Program-made: the position numbers and the translations under genes
Part shown: piece by piece, positions 47,497 to 58,100 of the stretch
How positions within the stretch are numbered: position 1 is the first letter of the stretch
How the letters are laid out: the number at the start of each line of letters is the position of its first letter
Assembly: GCA_031277535.1 (NCBI GenBank)
Contig: JAITMD010000014.1
Coordinates: forward strand, 42,926-106,925
Source of the DNA: Flavobacteriaceae bacterium
GTDB taxonomy: Bacteria; Bacteroidota; Bacteroidia; Flavobacteriales; Flavobacteriaceae
DNA length: 64,000 bases
Reading direction: 5' to 3'
The notes under the pieces: model-generated
Database searches by the model: none
What the model was told of the DNA's origin: nothing
What the model saw: the letters and a program-made list of their open reading frames with translations, nothing else

Positions 47497-48432
47497 ATGA
47501 GAATTAATAAAAAAACACAAGTGCTTATGCTTTCTGCTTTATTGCTTGGGAGTGTTGTAGGCTGTAAAAAGAATGATAAGGTTGTTGTACAAGAAGAAAT
47601 TCCTGTTGATGATACTCCTGTTTCAGGTCATATAGAGATGTTGGTAGAGGAATCTATATTCCCTATTGTAGAGGATGTAGCAAATGTGTTTAAATATGAA
47701 TATTCACGTACAAAGATTGATTTGAAGGTGAAATCTGAGCAAGAGATTTTGCAATTATTATTCAAAGATTCTTTACGTGTAGCTGTATTACCAAGGGAAT
47801 TTACAGCAAAAGAAATGCAGTTTTTTGAAGGAAGAGTTACACCAAAAATCACTCATTTTGCTACTGATGCAATAGTTTTCGTAGTTAATAAGAATTATAA
47901 AGATTCTGTCTTAGATATAGATAAAGTTGTTTCTAATTTGAAAAAGAAAGAAGTTGATGTTCAGAAAGAAGGTTTTTTAGTTTTTGATAATTATGCGTCA
48001 AATGTTTCATCTACATTTAGAAATACAACAGGAGAGAACAGTTTCCCCAAAGAGTATGCTTATTATTTAGGTAATACAAATGAGGTAATAAAATATATAG
48101 ATAGTAATCCTAATGCTATAGGCGTAATAGGATTAAATTGGCTAAGTCAATCTGATAACTCTATCGAATCAATAAAGAAAGATTTAAAGGTTTTAGCTGT
48201 TAAGAATAGTAAAGATGGTAAATACTATAAACCATCTCAAAATAATATTGCAGAAGGCACTTATCCATTGACGAGAAAATTGTGTGTTATCGACTTACAA
48301 GGTAAGTCTGGTCTTGGAGTTGGCTTTGCTTCTTATATAGCTGGATATAAAGGACAGCGTATAGTGTTGAAGTCAGGTTTAGTTCCTTTTAAAATACCAC
48401 CAAGAGAGATTCAGGTGCGTAAAGAATTATAA
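47497..48432 (+). CDS. PstS-like substrate-binding lipoprotein (PBP_like_2)
   Basis: Lipobox VVGC; 'DTPVSGHI', 'FATDAIVFVVN', 'NAIGVIGLNW', 'YPLTR'. Confidence 0.8.
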   Translation: MRINKKTQVLMLSALLLGSVVGCKKNDKVVVQEEIPVDDTPVSGHIEMLVEESIFPIVEDVANVFKYEYSRTKIDLKVKSEQEILQLLFKDSLRVAVLPREFTAKEMQFFEGRVTPKITHFATDAIVFVVNKNYKDSVLDIDKVVSNLKKKEVDVQKEGFLVFDNYASNVSSTFRNTTGENSFPKEYAYYLGNTNEVIKYIDSNPNAIGVIGLNWLSQSDNSIESIKKDLKVLAVKNSKDGKYYKPSQNNIAEGTYPLTRKLCVIDLQGKSGLGVGFASYIAGYKGQRIVLKSGLVPFKIPPREIQVRKEL

Positions 48433-48460
48433 TGTAACCAACCAACCTTAAATTATAATT

Positions 48461-50140
48461 ATGAACAAAAAGTACTCACTATCTCTATTAGTAGCTGTTC
48501 TTGCTTCATCTGGCACTTTTGCACAGAATATAGACGAAGCTAAGCGAGTTATTAAAGAGGAAAATTATGACAAAGCAAAACTTATTTTAAAAGAATTGAT
48601 AGTAAAGAAGCCTACTGAGGGGGCTAATTACTTTTATATGGGAGATGTTTTTCTGAGAGAGAATATTGCTGATTCAGCAAGACACTATTTTGATAAAGGT
48701 CTTCAACTAAAGAATAAGGGAACATTAAATTTAGTTGGATTAGGTCAATTAGATTTAGATTCAAAAAAACCTAAGGAAGCAAAGGCAAAGTTTATTAAGG
48801 CGATAGACGCGATGAAACGTAAAGACTTTGATGAACATTTGTTAGTAGCAAATGCGTATTTGAGTAGTAAGAATCCAGATGCTCCTGCAGCTCAGAAAAT
48901 CGCTGAAGTAATCTTAAAAGATGATTATCAAAATGCGAGTGCATTTATGATTTTGGGTCGTGCTTATTTAATGCAAGATAATTTAGGAAAGGCTTATGCA
49001 GCTTATAGAAATGCCTACGAAATTGATGGAAGCCTATTAGATGCTAAGTTAGAAATGGCTCGTATTAATAAAAAAGGACGAGCTTATAAAGAAGCTATTT
49101 TAGGTTGTGAAGAGTTGATTGCAAAAGATCCAACGTATGCTCCAGTGTATAAAGAATTGGGTGATCTTTATTTTTACTCTGTAAAATCTAATAGTACTCA
49201 AGAGAAAGAATTTTTAGGTAAAGCAGCACAGAATTATAAGAAGTATTTCGAAACTACGAATGGATCTATGGATGCTCGCATGAAGTATGCTGAGTTTTTG
49301 GTTCAAATAGAGAACTTTGAAGAGTTAGAAAAAATAACAAAAGAAGTTATTGATGAGAAGGGAATAAATCCACGTATTTACCGCTTCTATGGTTATTCTC
49401 AGTATGAAATGGGTAATTATAGAGCAAGTATGGAGGCATTTGAGAAGTTTTTATTAGCTATTGATAAAAGCACTATAATTCAAGCTACCTCTCGTGATTA
49501 TATGTATGTTGGTTTATCTGCCATAGCTGTAGGGAATAATGATAATAAAGCACTTTACGAAAAAGGTTTAAAATATTTGAGGGATGCAGTTAAAATAGAT
49601 CCTTCTATTGCAACTTATTATAATCGTATCGGTTTAGTATTTTTTAGAGAAGAGAAGTTTCAAAAAGTAATAGATATTCTTAGTATATCAGCAGATGTAA
49701 AAGAATCAGATAATTATTTTTATGATAATTATTATGTAGGTTATTCTTATTATTTTCTTGGAAAAGAAGATGTGAAAAATGGACAAGTGCTTTTGAATAA
49801 AGCAAGTGAGTATTTGTCAAAAGTTATTGAGGTGTCTCCTAATACTTCTGAAGCGTATTTCTTTAAGGCACGTGCAAATCGCTATATCAACTCTAAAGAA
49901 GCTCAAAAAGTTATGTTTGATGCTTATCAGGGATATATCAAAGTGCTAAGGGATAAAAAAGAAATTAATGACGCAGCTAATAAAGATAAAGTGATTGAAG
50001 CACATACTTCTATTGCTACCTATTATGCGAACAATAATGAGAATGCAAAAGCTTTAGAAGAATTTCAAAAGGTATTAAACTTAGATCCGAATAACGACTT
50101 TGCCAAACGTACAATGGCTACAATAAAAAAAGGGAAATAA
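48461..50140 (+). CDS. Exported tetratricopeptide repeat protein
   Basis: Signal peptide; many TPR helices, e.g. 'AKALEEFQKVLNLDPNN'. Confidence 0.88.
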   Translation: MNKKYSLSLLVAVLASSGTFAQNIDEAKRVIKEENYDKAKLILKELIVKKPTEGANYFYMGDVFLRENIADSARHYFDKGLQLKNKGTLNLVGLGQLDLDSKKPKEAKAKFIKAIDAMKRKDFDEHLLVANAYLSSKNPDAPAAQKIAEVILKDDYQNASAFMILGRAYLMQDNLGKAYAAYRNAYEIDGSLLDAKLEMARINKKGRAYKEAILGCEELIAKDPTYAPVYKELGDLYFYSVKSNSTQEKEFLGKAAQNYKKYFETTNGSMDARMKYAEFLVQIENFEELEKITKEVIDEKGINPRIYRFYGYSQYEMGNYRASMEAFEKFLLAIDKSTIIQATSRDYMYVGLSAIAVGNNDNKALYEKGLKYLRDAVKIDPSIATYYNRIGLVFFREEKFQKVIDILSISADVKESDNYFYDNYYVGYSYYFLGKEDVKNGQVLLNKASEYLSKVIEVSPNTSEAYFFKARANRYINSKEAQKVMFDAYQGYIKVLRDKKEINDAANKDKVIEAHTSIATYYANNNENAKALEEFQKVLNLDPNNDFAKRTMATIKKGK

Positions 50141-50159
50141 CGCATTTCTACATATTTTT

Positions 50160-50198
50160 AAAACTTCCTAATTTGAATAGAATTAGGAAGTTTTTTTT
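50160..50198 (+). terminator. Terminator after TPR gene
   Basis: aaaacttcctaatt...aattaggaagtttt followed by a T-run. Confidence 0.8.
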
Positions 50199-50256
50199 TG
50201 AGGATATGCTATTGATTTTATTATGTTTTATCTTTGCACCCTTAATGATTGATATT

Positions 50257-50889
50257 ATGAAGAACGAACAAGATTTAATAGCTTTAAAAGAAGGTAGAGT
50301 TTTGCCTTTAATGGAAGATTTTTATACAATACAAGGAGAAGGTTTTTATAGTGGTAATGCTGCTTATTTTATTCGATTAGGAGGATGTGATGTTGGTTGC
50401 CATTGGTGTGATGTGAAGGAAAGTTGGGAGGCGGGAAGTCATCCGAATACGGCAGTGGAAGCAATTGTAGAAAAGATAGATCCTCAGACAAAACTTGTTG
50501 TCATTACAGGAGGTGAACCTTTAATGTATAATTTAGATTATTTGACAACCCAGATAAAAGAAAAAGGTTTTCAAACGAATATTGAGACTTCGGGTGCTTA
50601 CGAAATGTCAGGTGTCTTTGATTGGGTATGTCTATCTCCTAAAAAAATGAAGTTACCTACGGAGAGTGCTTACAAAGCAGCGGATGAATTAAAAGTGATT
50701 ATATACAATAAACACGATTTTATATTTGCAGAAGAACAGGCAGCAAAAGTTAATCCTAATGCACTACTGTTGCTACAAACAGAATGGAGTAAAAATAAAG
50801 AAATGATGCCTGAGATTATAGAATATGTAAAACAGAATCCTAAATGGAAGATATCATTGCAAACGCATAAGTATTTGGATATTCCTTAA
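50257..50889 (+). CDS. queE: 7-carboxy-7-deazaguanine synthase (radical SAM)
   Basis: 'FYTIQGEG', 'FIRLGGCDVGCHWCD', 'VITGGEP', 'SLQTHKYL'; start at 50245 or 50257, after TATCTTTG (50229-50236). Confidence 0.92.
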   Translation: MKNEQDLIALKEGRVLPLMEDFYTIQGEGFYSGNAAYFIRLGGCDVGCHWCDVKESWEAGSHPNTAVEAIVEKIDPQTKLVVITGGEPLMYNLDYLTTQIKEKGFQTNIETSGAYEMSGVFDWVCLSPKKMKLPTESAYKAADELKVIIYNKHDFIFAEEQAAKVNPNALLLLQTEWSKNKEMMPEIIEYVKQNPKWKISLQTHKYLDIP

Positions 50890-50925
50890 TAACCCCTACC
50901 TTTACTACTATTAATAATATACGAT

Positions 50926-51354
50926 ATGAAAAAGATATTACTAAGTTTTATTTTAATTCTTGTTGCGCAAGCTTCTTTCGCACAGGATGCATTTAAGAAA
51001 GATTTTAAAAAGTACTTAGCATTAAGCGGCCAAATGAAACCATTTGAAATGTTGATTACTCAATTAACAGAAAAAGTAGCAGAAGAAAAGAGAGCCGATT
51101 TTAAAAAAGAAATTACAGCAAGCGTTAACCTATTGGGAGATAAAATGGCTGAATTATATATGACTGAGTTTACACATGAAGATGTAAAGCAAATGATTAA
51201 GTTTTATGAAAGTCCTGTAGGTAAAAAGTTGAATGAAAAAAGCGGTATTCTACTTGAAAAAGGAGAATTATTAGGTGAAGAATGGGGGATGGGATTACAA
51301 GGTCTGTTGATGAAATATATTGATTTGACTCCAGAAATGGTAGATGAATATTAA
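50926..51354 (+). CDS. DUF2059 family exported protein
   Basis: Signal peptide; 'LYMTEFTHEDVKQMIKFYESPVGKK'. Confidence 0.85.
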   Translation: MKKILLSFILILVAQASFAQDAFKKDFKKYLALSGQMKPFEMLITQLTEKVAEEKRADFKKEITASVNLLGDKMAELYMTEFTHEDVKQMIKFYESPVGKKLNEKSGILLEKGELLGEEWGMGLQGLLMKYIDLTPEMVDEY

Positions 51355-51386
51355 AAAAATAGAGTGTAAAAACACTCTATTTTTTT
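51353..51386. terminator. Bidirectional terminator
   Basis: aaaaaaatagagtgt...acactctattttttt between convergent genes. Confidence 0.85.
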
Positions 51387-52092
51387 ATACATATAACTTA
51401 GCTAAATAATCATAGTTTTCACCTTCTTGAATTAACTCACAGCTTAAACCGTTTGCATGTGCTGCATTTTGTAAGGTGTTATAATCAAGATATAACCAAT
51501 CAAATGGAACTTCTGTTTCTCCTTTATAATGCATAGTAAATTCTAATTCTCCATAATAATCCTTATTTTCCATAGGGATCCATTTTCCTCCATCTTCATC
51601 TTCGTCAAACATATAGATAAGATCAGAACTATCAATTAGAATTTGTCCTCCTTCTTTGAGTAATGTTTTTAAATGACTTAGATATTTTGTACTATTAATT
51701 AGGCGCCCAAAAATTCCAGTACCATTCATTAATAAAAGTATGGTATCATATTTTTCATTTGTTATCTCAAGTAAGTTTTGAACTTTTGCTTGTTTAATAC
51801 CTCTTAATTTACAAGTTTCAATAGCTGTAGGAGATATATCTATAGCAGTTACATCATACCCTTTTTCTTGTAGATATAAACTGTGAGCTCCTGCTCCACA
51901 TCCTACATCTAATACTTTTCCTTTACAAAGCGTAAGTGCCTTTTGTTCTAATGCTGGCATTTGTTTGTATGAACGAAACATATAGGAAATATCCATTTCT
52001 TCTGCTTCAGAAATATCTGTTTCAGTTGTTAGTATCTGGGGATCATTGTTGGTTTGAAAATCAAGAATAGCTTTTCCTAATAGATCTTTCAT
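51385..52092 (-). CDS. Class I SAM-dependent methyltransferase
   Basis: 'KVLDVGCGAG', 'YDTILLLMNGTGIFG'. Confidence 0.88.
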   Translation of the reverse strand: MKDLLGKAILDFQTNNDPQILTTETDISEAEEMDISYMFRSYKQMPALEQKALTLCKGKVLDVGCGAGAHSLYLQEKGYDVTAIDISPTAIETCKLRGIKQAKVQNLLEITNEKYDTILLLMNGTGIFGRLINSTKYLSHLKTLLKEGGQILIDSSDLIYMFDEDEDGGKWIPMENKDYYGELEFTMHYKGETEVPFDWLYLDYNTLQNAAHANGLSCELIQEGENYDYLAKLYV

Positions 52093-52151
52093 TATAAAAA
52101 AATTGATAATTAATAGAGAGATAGTACTAACTTTGCATCAAAGATTAAACA

Positions 52152-52649
52152 ATGGATAAAGTATTAGCACAGCTCTCAAAGAATGCCAAAGATAAGCATA
52201 ATGAAAATAAAAAGTTTTTTGATAAGCTAAAAAAGAAGGCTCCTAAAGATTTAGATTACACTATGCAAGACATACATGATTCTGTTTTTAAGCGAACAGA
52301 TTGTTTAGGTTGTGCTAATTGTTGTAAAACAACAGGACCTTTATTTACTAATGCTGATATTGAGCGTATAGCAAAGCATTTAAAAATGAAGCCTCAGCAA
52401 TTTATAGATCAATACCTATATATTGATGAGGATTCAGATTTTGTATTAAAATCTCTTCCGTGTACTTTTCTTGATGCAGAGAATTACTGTATGATTTATG
52501 ATGTAAGACCTAAGGCTTGTCGCGAATATCCACACACAGATCGCAAGAAATTTCAACAAATTGCTAACTTGACTTTAAAGAATGTAGCAATATGTCCTGC
52601 TGCATTTGAAGTAGTGGAAGAAATGAAAAAACGTATTGTACTAAAATAG
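52152..52649 (+). CDS. YkgJ family cysteine cluster protein (putative Zn/Fe-S binding)
   Basis: 'DCLGCANCCK', 'PCTFL', 'CMIYDVRPKACREYP'; TAACTTTG at 52128-52135. Confidence 0.88.
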   Translation: MDKVLAQLSKNAKDKHNENKKFFDKLKKKAPKDLDYTMQDIHDSVFKRTDCLGCANCCKTTGPLFTNADIERIAKHLKMKPQQFIDQYLYIDEDSDFVLKSLPCTFLDAENYCMIYDVRPKACREYPHTDRKKFQQIANLTLKNVAICPAAFEVVEEMKKRIVLK

Positions 52650-52652
52650 TAT

Positions 52653-52880
52653 TTAAATAAAGAAATGCTCTTCTTCAAGTAATGCTGCATCTTCTTCTGT
52701 TAACTCGTCAATATCTAAATCGAGTTGATCAGAAAAGTAATCAACTACTTCAAGAATAAGTGCTTTTAACTTTTCGAAAAAACCTAAAGCATCTTCTAAA
52801 TAACCTTTTATGACATTGAATATATCTAATATTCGATCCATAAATTTAATAATATAATCTCCTATATTCATACTTTGCAA
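52653..52880 (-). CDS. Small acidic hypothetical protein (75 aa, or 62 aa from ATG 52841)
   Basis: Amphipathic helix followed by a D/E-rich tail; convergent with the ykgJ-family gene. Confidence 0.55.
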   Translation of the reverse strand: MQSMNIGDYIIKFMDRILDIFNVIKGYLEDALGFFEKLKALILEVVDYFSDQLDLDIDELTEEDAALLEEEHFFI

Positions 52881-52952
52881 TTTGTTATTTTGGTTTATTT
52901 CAGTTGCTGTGAATATAGGATTTTTATTTGAAATTTGGAATAGAACAAGGCT

Positions 52953-53717
52953 TTAATTTAACCAGCTTTTCAATTCGGATATTTGTGATTTACTGACTAA
53001 AATCGGCATCTCATCATCAATAGCAACTGATAAAGTAAGTTCAATTTTTTGACTATTGTGCTTGATGATATTCTCTACTGCATTTCGATTAATAATAATC
53101 TTTCTATTAACCTTAAAAAAACTACTTGCATCTAATTTTGTAATGATATCCTTAATGGTATCGTCATAGATGTACCTTTCATTTTTATAGGTATGTATAA
53201 ATAAGTGCTTGCCTGAAGCAAAGAAATAGGCAATATCTGCCAGTTCTAATGATTTAAGTTTATAACCATCATGAACTAAAAAACGATCCTTTAATTCGCT
53301 TTTTTTGTCATTTTCTATATGAGTAAGTTTAGATAGTGTCTCTTGATTATTGTTTAGCTGTTTTGTAATGTTTTTATACTTTAATAAAGCATCTGTAAGA
53401 TCGTCACTTGTAAAAGGTTTAAGTATGTAGTCAATGGTAAATTGTTTGAATACTTGTATGGCATATGAATCGTAGGCTGTTGTAAAAATAATAGGACTAT
53501 TTACTTGTACTTGCTCAAATATTTCCAAGCTTTTACCATCTCCTAAGTGAATATCCATAAATATCAGATCCACTTGATTTTGAAACAAAAAGGAGGTAGC
53601 CTCTTTGACTGAGCTTAAAATAACAATAGTTGATACAACAAGTATGTCTTGTTGTAGAAGTAATGTTTTTAAGTAGTTTGAAGCAAGGGCTTCATCTTCA
53701 ACGATAGCGATTCTCAC
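52953..53717 (-). CDS. LytTR family response regulator
   Basis: Receiver 'IVEDE', 'DLIFMDIHL', 'IIFTTAYD', 'DYILKP'; LytTR 'FFKVNRKIIIN'; GTG start; own -7 element TACTTTTG (53736-53743). Confidence 0.93.
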   Translation of the reverse strand: MRIAIVEDEALASNYLKTLLLQQDILVVSTIVILSSVKEATSFLFQNQVDLIFMDIHLGDGKSLEIFEQVQVNSPIIFTTAYDSYAIQVFKQFTIDYILKPFTSDDLTDALLKYKNITKQLNNNQETLSKLTHIENDKKSELKDRFLVHDGYKLKSLELADIAYFFASGKHLFIHTYKNERYIYDDTIKDIITKLDASSFFKVNRKIIINRNAVENIIKHNSQKIELTLSVAIDDEMPILVSKSQISELKSWLN

Positions 53718-53783
53718 GTTTAAATATATTTTTTACAAAAGTAGTTAAAATATATTTTACAATATTCGTACCAATCTGAAACG

Positions 53784-53813
53784 AAAAAAGCCATTAGATC
53801 AACTAATGGCTTT
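53784..53813 (-). terminator. Terminator after susD-like gene
   Basis: Minus strand aaagccattag-ttgat-ctaatggctttttt. Confidence 0.8.
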
Positions 53814-53835
53814 ATCTCAAAATTTAAATTGGCTA

Positions 53836-55170
53836 CTATAAATTTGGGTTGTTTTTTCTTGCTGTTATAGGGAAAGGTAAAGTATATCTTGGATCATTTT
53901 GTCTTAAGATATATTTTGTACCTGAGAAGTCATGTACTATTTCTTTTTGAGTAGTACGTCTTAGATCAAACCAACGGTGTCCTTCAAAAGCAAATTCTCT
54001 AAAACGTTCATCAAGAATAAAATTAATTGTTTCTTGTTGCGTGTAGTTTGCTATTTTTTGTTTTAATTGGTTTGCTCCAACTTCAGTGTATCTATTGTCA
54101 ATTAATTTTCCAACAGTTTCTTTTGCATCATTTATTCTGTTCAAATTAGCTAATATTTCAGCTTTGATTAAATACATGTCAGCTGTTCTAAAAGAAGCCT
54201 TAGCATTTCCTGTTGCTGTTTTATTATTTACGTAAGTATTTCCTTTTTTAATAAAGAAAACGGTGAAACGTAAATCTTGTTCTTTGTCATAAGCTGCAAG
54301 TAATTCTTTTGATACAGTAGTAGCTCCATTATCACCAGGTCTCATACTTTGCTCTAATGCTAATATAGATTCAACAGATCTGAAATCTGCTACAGAATAA
54401 GCAGTAGTACTACCTATTGATTTCTTTAAATCTTGTAATTGATTTTTTAAGGTTAATGTTTGCTCTACACTTTTTAAAGCATTTTCGTAGTCTTTTTGAT
54501 ATAGATATACTCTTGCTTCTAAAGCAGCTATTGCAGCTTTTGTATAGCGGTAGTTTTTACCAATATCATAACTACTTACTTGTAGATAACCTTTTGCATT
54601 ATCTATGTCAGAATGAATTTGAGCATATACTTCAGCCATCGTTGACTTAGCTCTTTTGTTTTCAATGTCTAATTCATTTTGAATAACAATACAAGGTTGA
54701 GTAGCAGCAGTAGCTTTGTCATACGGTTTAGCAAATAAGTTTGCTAAATCAAAATATGCCATAGCTCTTAATGCATGTGCTTCACCTAAAATTTGTTTTT
54801 TATCATTTCCTTCTTCCATTGTACTTGCACCATTATTAATCGTCTCGTTGGCATAGTAAATGACTTTGTAGAATTGATCGTATGCAAATTCTCTTGAATC
54901 TTTACTTGGGTTTGCATCTTGGTAGATGTAAACGTCTTTAAGTTCTATTGCAGCACTTTTTTCTGGATCAAGTATTAATTCATCTGTTCTGAAATTACTT
55001 AATGATTTGTGTTCTGGGTATCCTGCATAAGCAGCAGTTAATACTTTTCTGAAATCTTCTACCGTTTTTGGAATAATCTTTCCTTGTGGTTCAATATCTA
55101 AGTATTTATCACAGCTAACAGTAGTTAATGCTACAGTTAGACAGCTTAAAAATAAAATGATTCTTTTCAT
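53836..55170 (-). CDS. RagB/SusD family nutrient-binding lipoprotein
   Basis: Lipobox TVSC-DKYLDI; 'GEAHALRA..YFDL', 'FRTADMYLIKAE', 'ERFREFAFEGHRWFDLRR'. Confidence 0.93.
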   Translation of the reverse strand: MKRIILFLSCLTVALTTVSCDKYLDIEPQGKIIPKTVEDFRKVLTAAYAGYPEHKSLSNFRTDELILDPEKSAAIELKDVYIYQDANPSKDSREFAYDQFYKVIYYANETINNGASTMEEGNDKKQILGEAHALRAMAYFDLANLFAKPYDKATAATQPCIVIQNELDIENKRAKSTMAEVYAQIHSDIDNAKGYLQVSSYDIGKNYRYTKAAIAALEARVYLYQKDYENALKSVEQTLTLKNQLQDLKKSIGSTTAYSVADFRSVESILALEQSMRPGDNGATTVSKELLAAYDKEQDLRFTVFFIKKGNTYVNNKTATGNAKASFRTADMYLIKAEILANLNRINDAKETVGKLIDNRYTEVGANQLKQKIANYTQQETINFILDERFREFAFEGHRWFDLRRTTQKEIVHDFSGTKYILRQNDPRYTLPFPITARKNNPNL

Positions 55171-55182
55171 GATTCTGTTGAA

Positions 55183-58100
55183 TTAGAATGTTACGTTTAA
55201 TCCTAATGAAATAGATTTTTGAATTGGCTGAGTATAGATGTTACCATATGTTTCAGGATCAAAATAACCATTGTAGTCTGTTCCAAACACAAATAAATTA
55301 CGTCCTTCTAAAGTAAATCTTACATTGTCCAATCTCATTTTGTTTAAAACATCTTTCGGTAAAGTATATCCTAAACGAATACTGCTGATACGTAAATAGC
55401 TTGTTTCTTTTGCCCAAATATCTAAGTAGTTATATGAACTTGCTGGATCTTCTCCTGAAAACCATTTAGATACCATCCAAGAACCATCTGTTACTGTAGC
55501 ATTTCCATTATAGTCATCAGGTAATAAACCTGGCATTGTACCATTTGGATTGATTGGACTCCACATGTTTAAAACATCTCTTGTGTAGTTTTTTCCTGGA
55601 TCAATATCTGCCATCTTGTAAGAAGGAGTTTTTACTACAGTTTGCTTTAAATTGAATGCTGCAGACACAGTAATATCAAAGTTTTTGATTTTTATTGTAT
55701 TGATAATACCTCCTGTAAATTTAGGATCTTTATCTCCTGCATAAGTAAATAGATCTCTATATTCTTCAGGTGTTAAATCACTTGTAGCCATATAACCTGG
55801 CATACCCCACTCAGCCATTGGATCACGTAGTTTAAAAAATTCTTGACCAGATACTTTTTCTCCGTTTTTCCAATATAATAAGTTACCATTTTCATCTAAT
55901 CCAGCTGTTTTAATGACAAAAACAGAATTTACAGGCAATCCTTCTCTTGATGGTAAACGATCATTTTCATTAATCTGAATTTTATCTACATTACTTTTAT
56001 TATGCGCAAAATTGAATGTTGTAGTCCAAGAGAAATTTGGTTTTACAATATTTCTTGTAGTTAAAGAAATCTCATATCCTTTATTTGTTACTTGAGCCCA
56101 GTTCATATTTGTCCATTCAAAACCTGTTTCAAGAGGTAAAGCTCTCAATCCAATTAAGTCTGTACTTTTTCTATTGTAAACATCAGCGCCTACTAATATT
56201 CTATTCTTGAATAATCCTAAGTCAAAACCGAAGTTTGTATTAGTTGTTTTTTCCCAACGCAATGTTCCATTTGGAGCATTATTGATTTGTATAGTCCCTT
56301 CTGGGTAACCTGGTAAAACAGATGATGTATTGTACTGTCCAATTGCATAAGGAGATGTTGATCTATCAATATTTCCTTGTAATCCATAAGATGCACGTAA
56401 ACGTAAATCACTTAAGAAGTCTACATCCTCTAAGAATTTCTCTCTTTTAATATTCCACGATCCAGATACAGCCCATAATGGTAAATATCTATATTTAGGA
56501 TCTACTCCAAATAAGTTTGATCCATCATATCTAACACTACCAAACACAGTATATTTTCTGTTATAAGTGTAAGATGCTGTAGCAAAGAATGAAGCATATG
56601 CATCTTCTACTTTCGATTGTTTGTATTGTTCATACTTTTTATCATTTGTACTTGTACTTCCATCAGGGAATATAAGTGGTTTTGTAGTTAAAGTATTTCT
56701 ATCGTATCCAAAACCTTTAGAAGTAATAAGTTTATTGTTAGAACTTCTCAACTCCATACCTGCCATTACATCTATTTCATGCATATCATTAAAGATTGCA
56801 TTATAAGTTGCTTGTGTTTTCCAGTTGTATTGGAAATAATTAGCATTGTAGTTTTCGATTATTCCACCATCTGGTAAGAAGTAATGATTTTCTCCATTCT
56901 TAGAATATCTTGTCCCTTCTCTAAATTTACGAGTGAAGTATGTATCTTTTCCTAAGTATTTTTCTGTATCACTATTATCTAATTGCAAACCTAATTGAGA
57001 AGTGATTTTTAAATCATTTAATATTTGGTATTCAGCATCAAATACAGCTTTAAAAGATTTGTTAACCAATTCATAGCTTGTATTATTTCTTTCTTCTACA
57101 AAGTTAAAAGGAATGTAAGCATCTTTAGTTCCCTCAATATCTTTGTCATACATATAACTTCCATCTTCATTGTATGGTTTAAGATATGGGTTAGCATTTC
57201 TTGAATAGTTTGAAGGATTGATACTTGCATCAGCATCAGATACAAAACTGTTTTTCTTTGATTGTGTACCAAATAAGGCAACACCTACTTTAAATTTATC
57301 TGTTACTTGGAAGTTGTTTTTTAACGTTAAGTTGAAACGTTCAAAACCAGTTCCAATAGTTGCTCCTTCTTCATTGTAATATCCTAATGAGAAGTAGTAA
57401 TCTGAATGATCTGTTCCTCCAGATAAACTTAAGCCATATTGTTTATTAAATGTTTGACGGTACAATTCTTTTCCCCAATCTGTATTTGTATTTCTTAGAT
57501 TGTTGATAGCATTTTGTGTGTTACCAGATAATCCAGCAAAACCATTTGTTCTGTAAGCATCTAATTCGTTTGCCGAGTTTAAAATACGCATTACTTCACC
57601 TTGATTACTTCTTGTGTTCTGAATATCAGATCTACCAGCAAGCATTAATTCGAAATCAACTTTTTCAGAAGAATTCATCAAGTTTAATTTAGAGAAATTA
57701 GGTCTTTCGTTAATGAAAGTATTTGCTGTAAAGTTCACTTTCATTGAACCTTTTTTCCCTTTTTTAGTTGTAATCACAATTACACCATTAGCAGCTCTTG
57801 CACCATAAATAGCAGTTGCAGAAGCATCTTTTAAAATAGTAATATCTAAGATATCATCAGGGTTCAATCCTGCTATTGAAAAGTTTTGCAACTGATCAAT
57901 ATTATCTTTATCATTAAAGTTAGGTACATCATTTCCTTCTAATGGCATTCCATCCAATACCCATAATGGATCTTGAGGCCCGTTTAAAGAAGCAGTACCA
58001 CGGATTCTAATTTTTGCAGGTCCTCCAGGTGCTCCTGTAGGTGTTGTTACAGCTACCCCAGCAATTTGCCCTGCTAACATTTGATCAACACTGGCTACCC

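Noticed and set aside
47497-48432. Calling this gene pstS (phosphate ABC transport)
   Set aside because: No pstC/A/B or phoU is nearby and the context is a Ton-motor cluster, so only the fold-level call is supported
53721-53763. Imperfect repeat aaatatatttt(tt)acaa upstream of the LytTR gene as an autoregulatory site
   Set aside because: It is nearly all A/T, has a period of about 25 rather than 21 bp, and does not resemble the 61239-61275 repeat; likely chance
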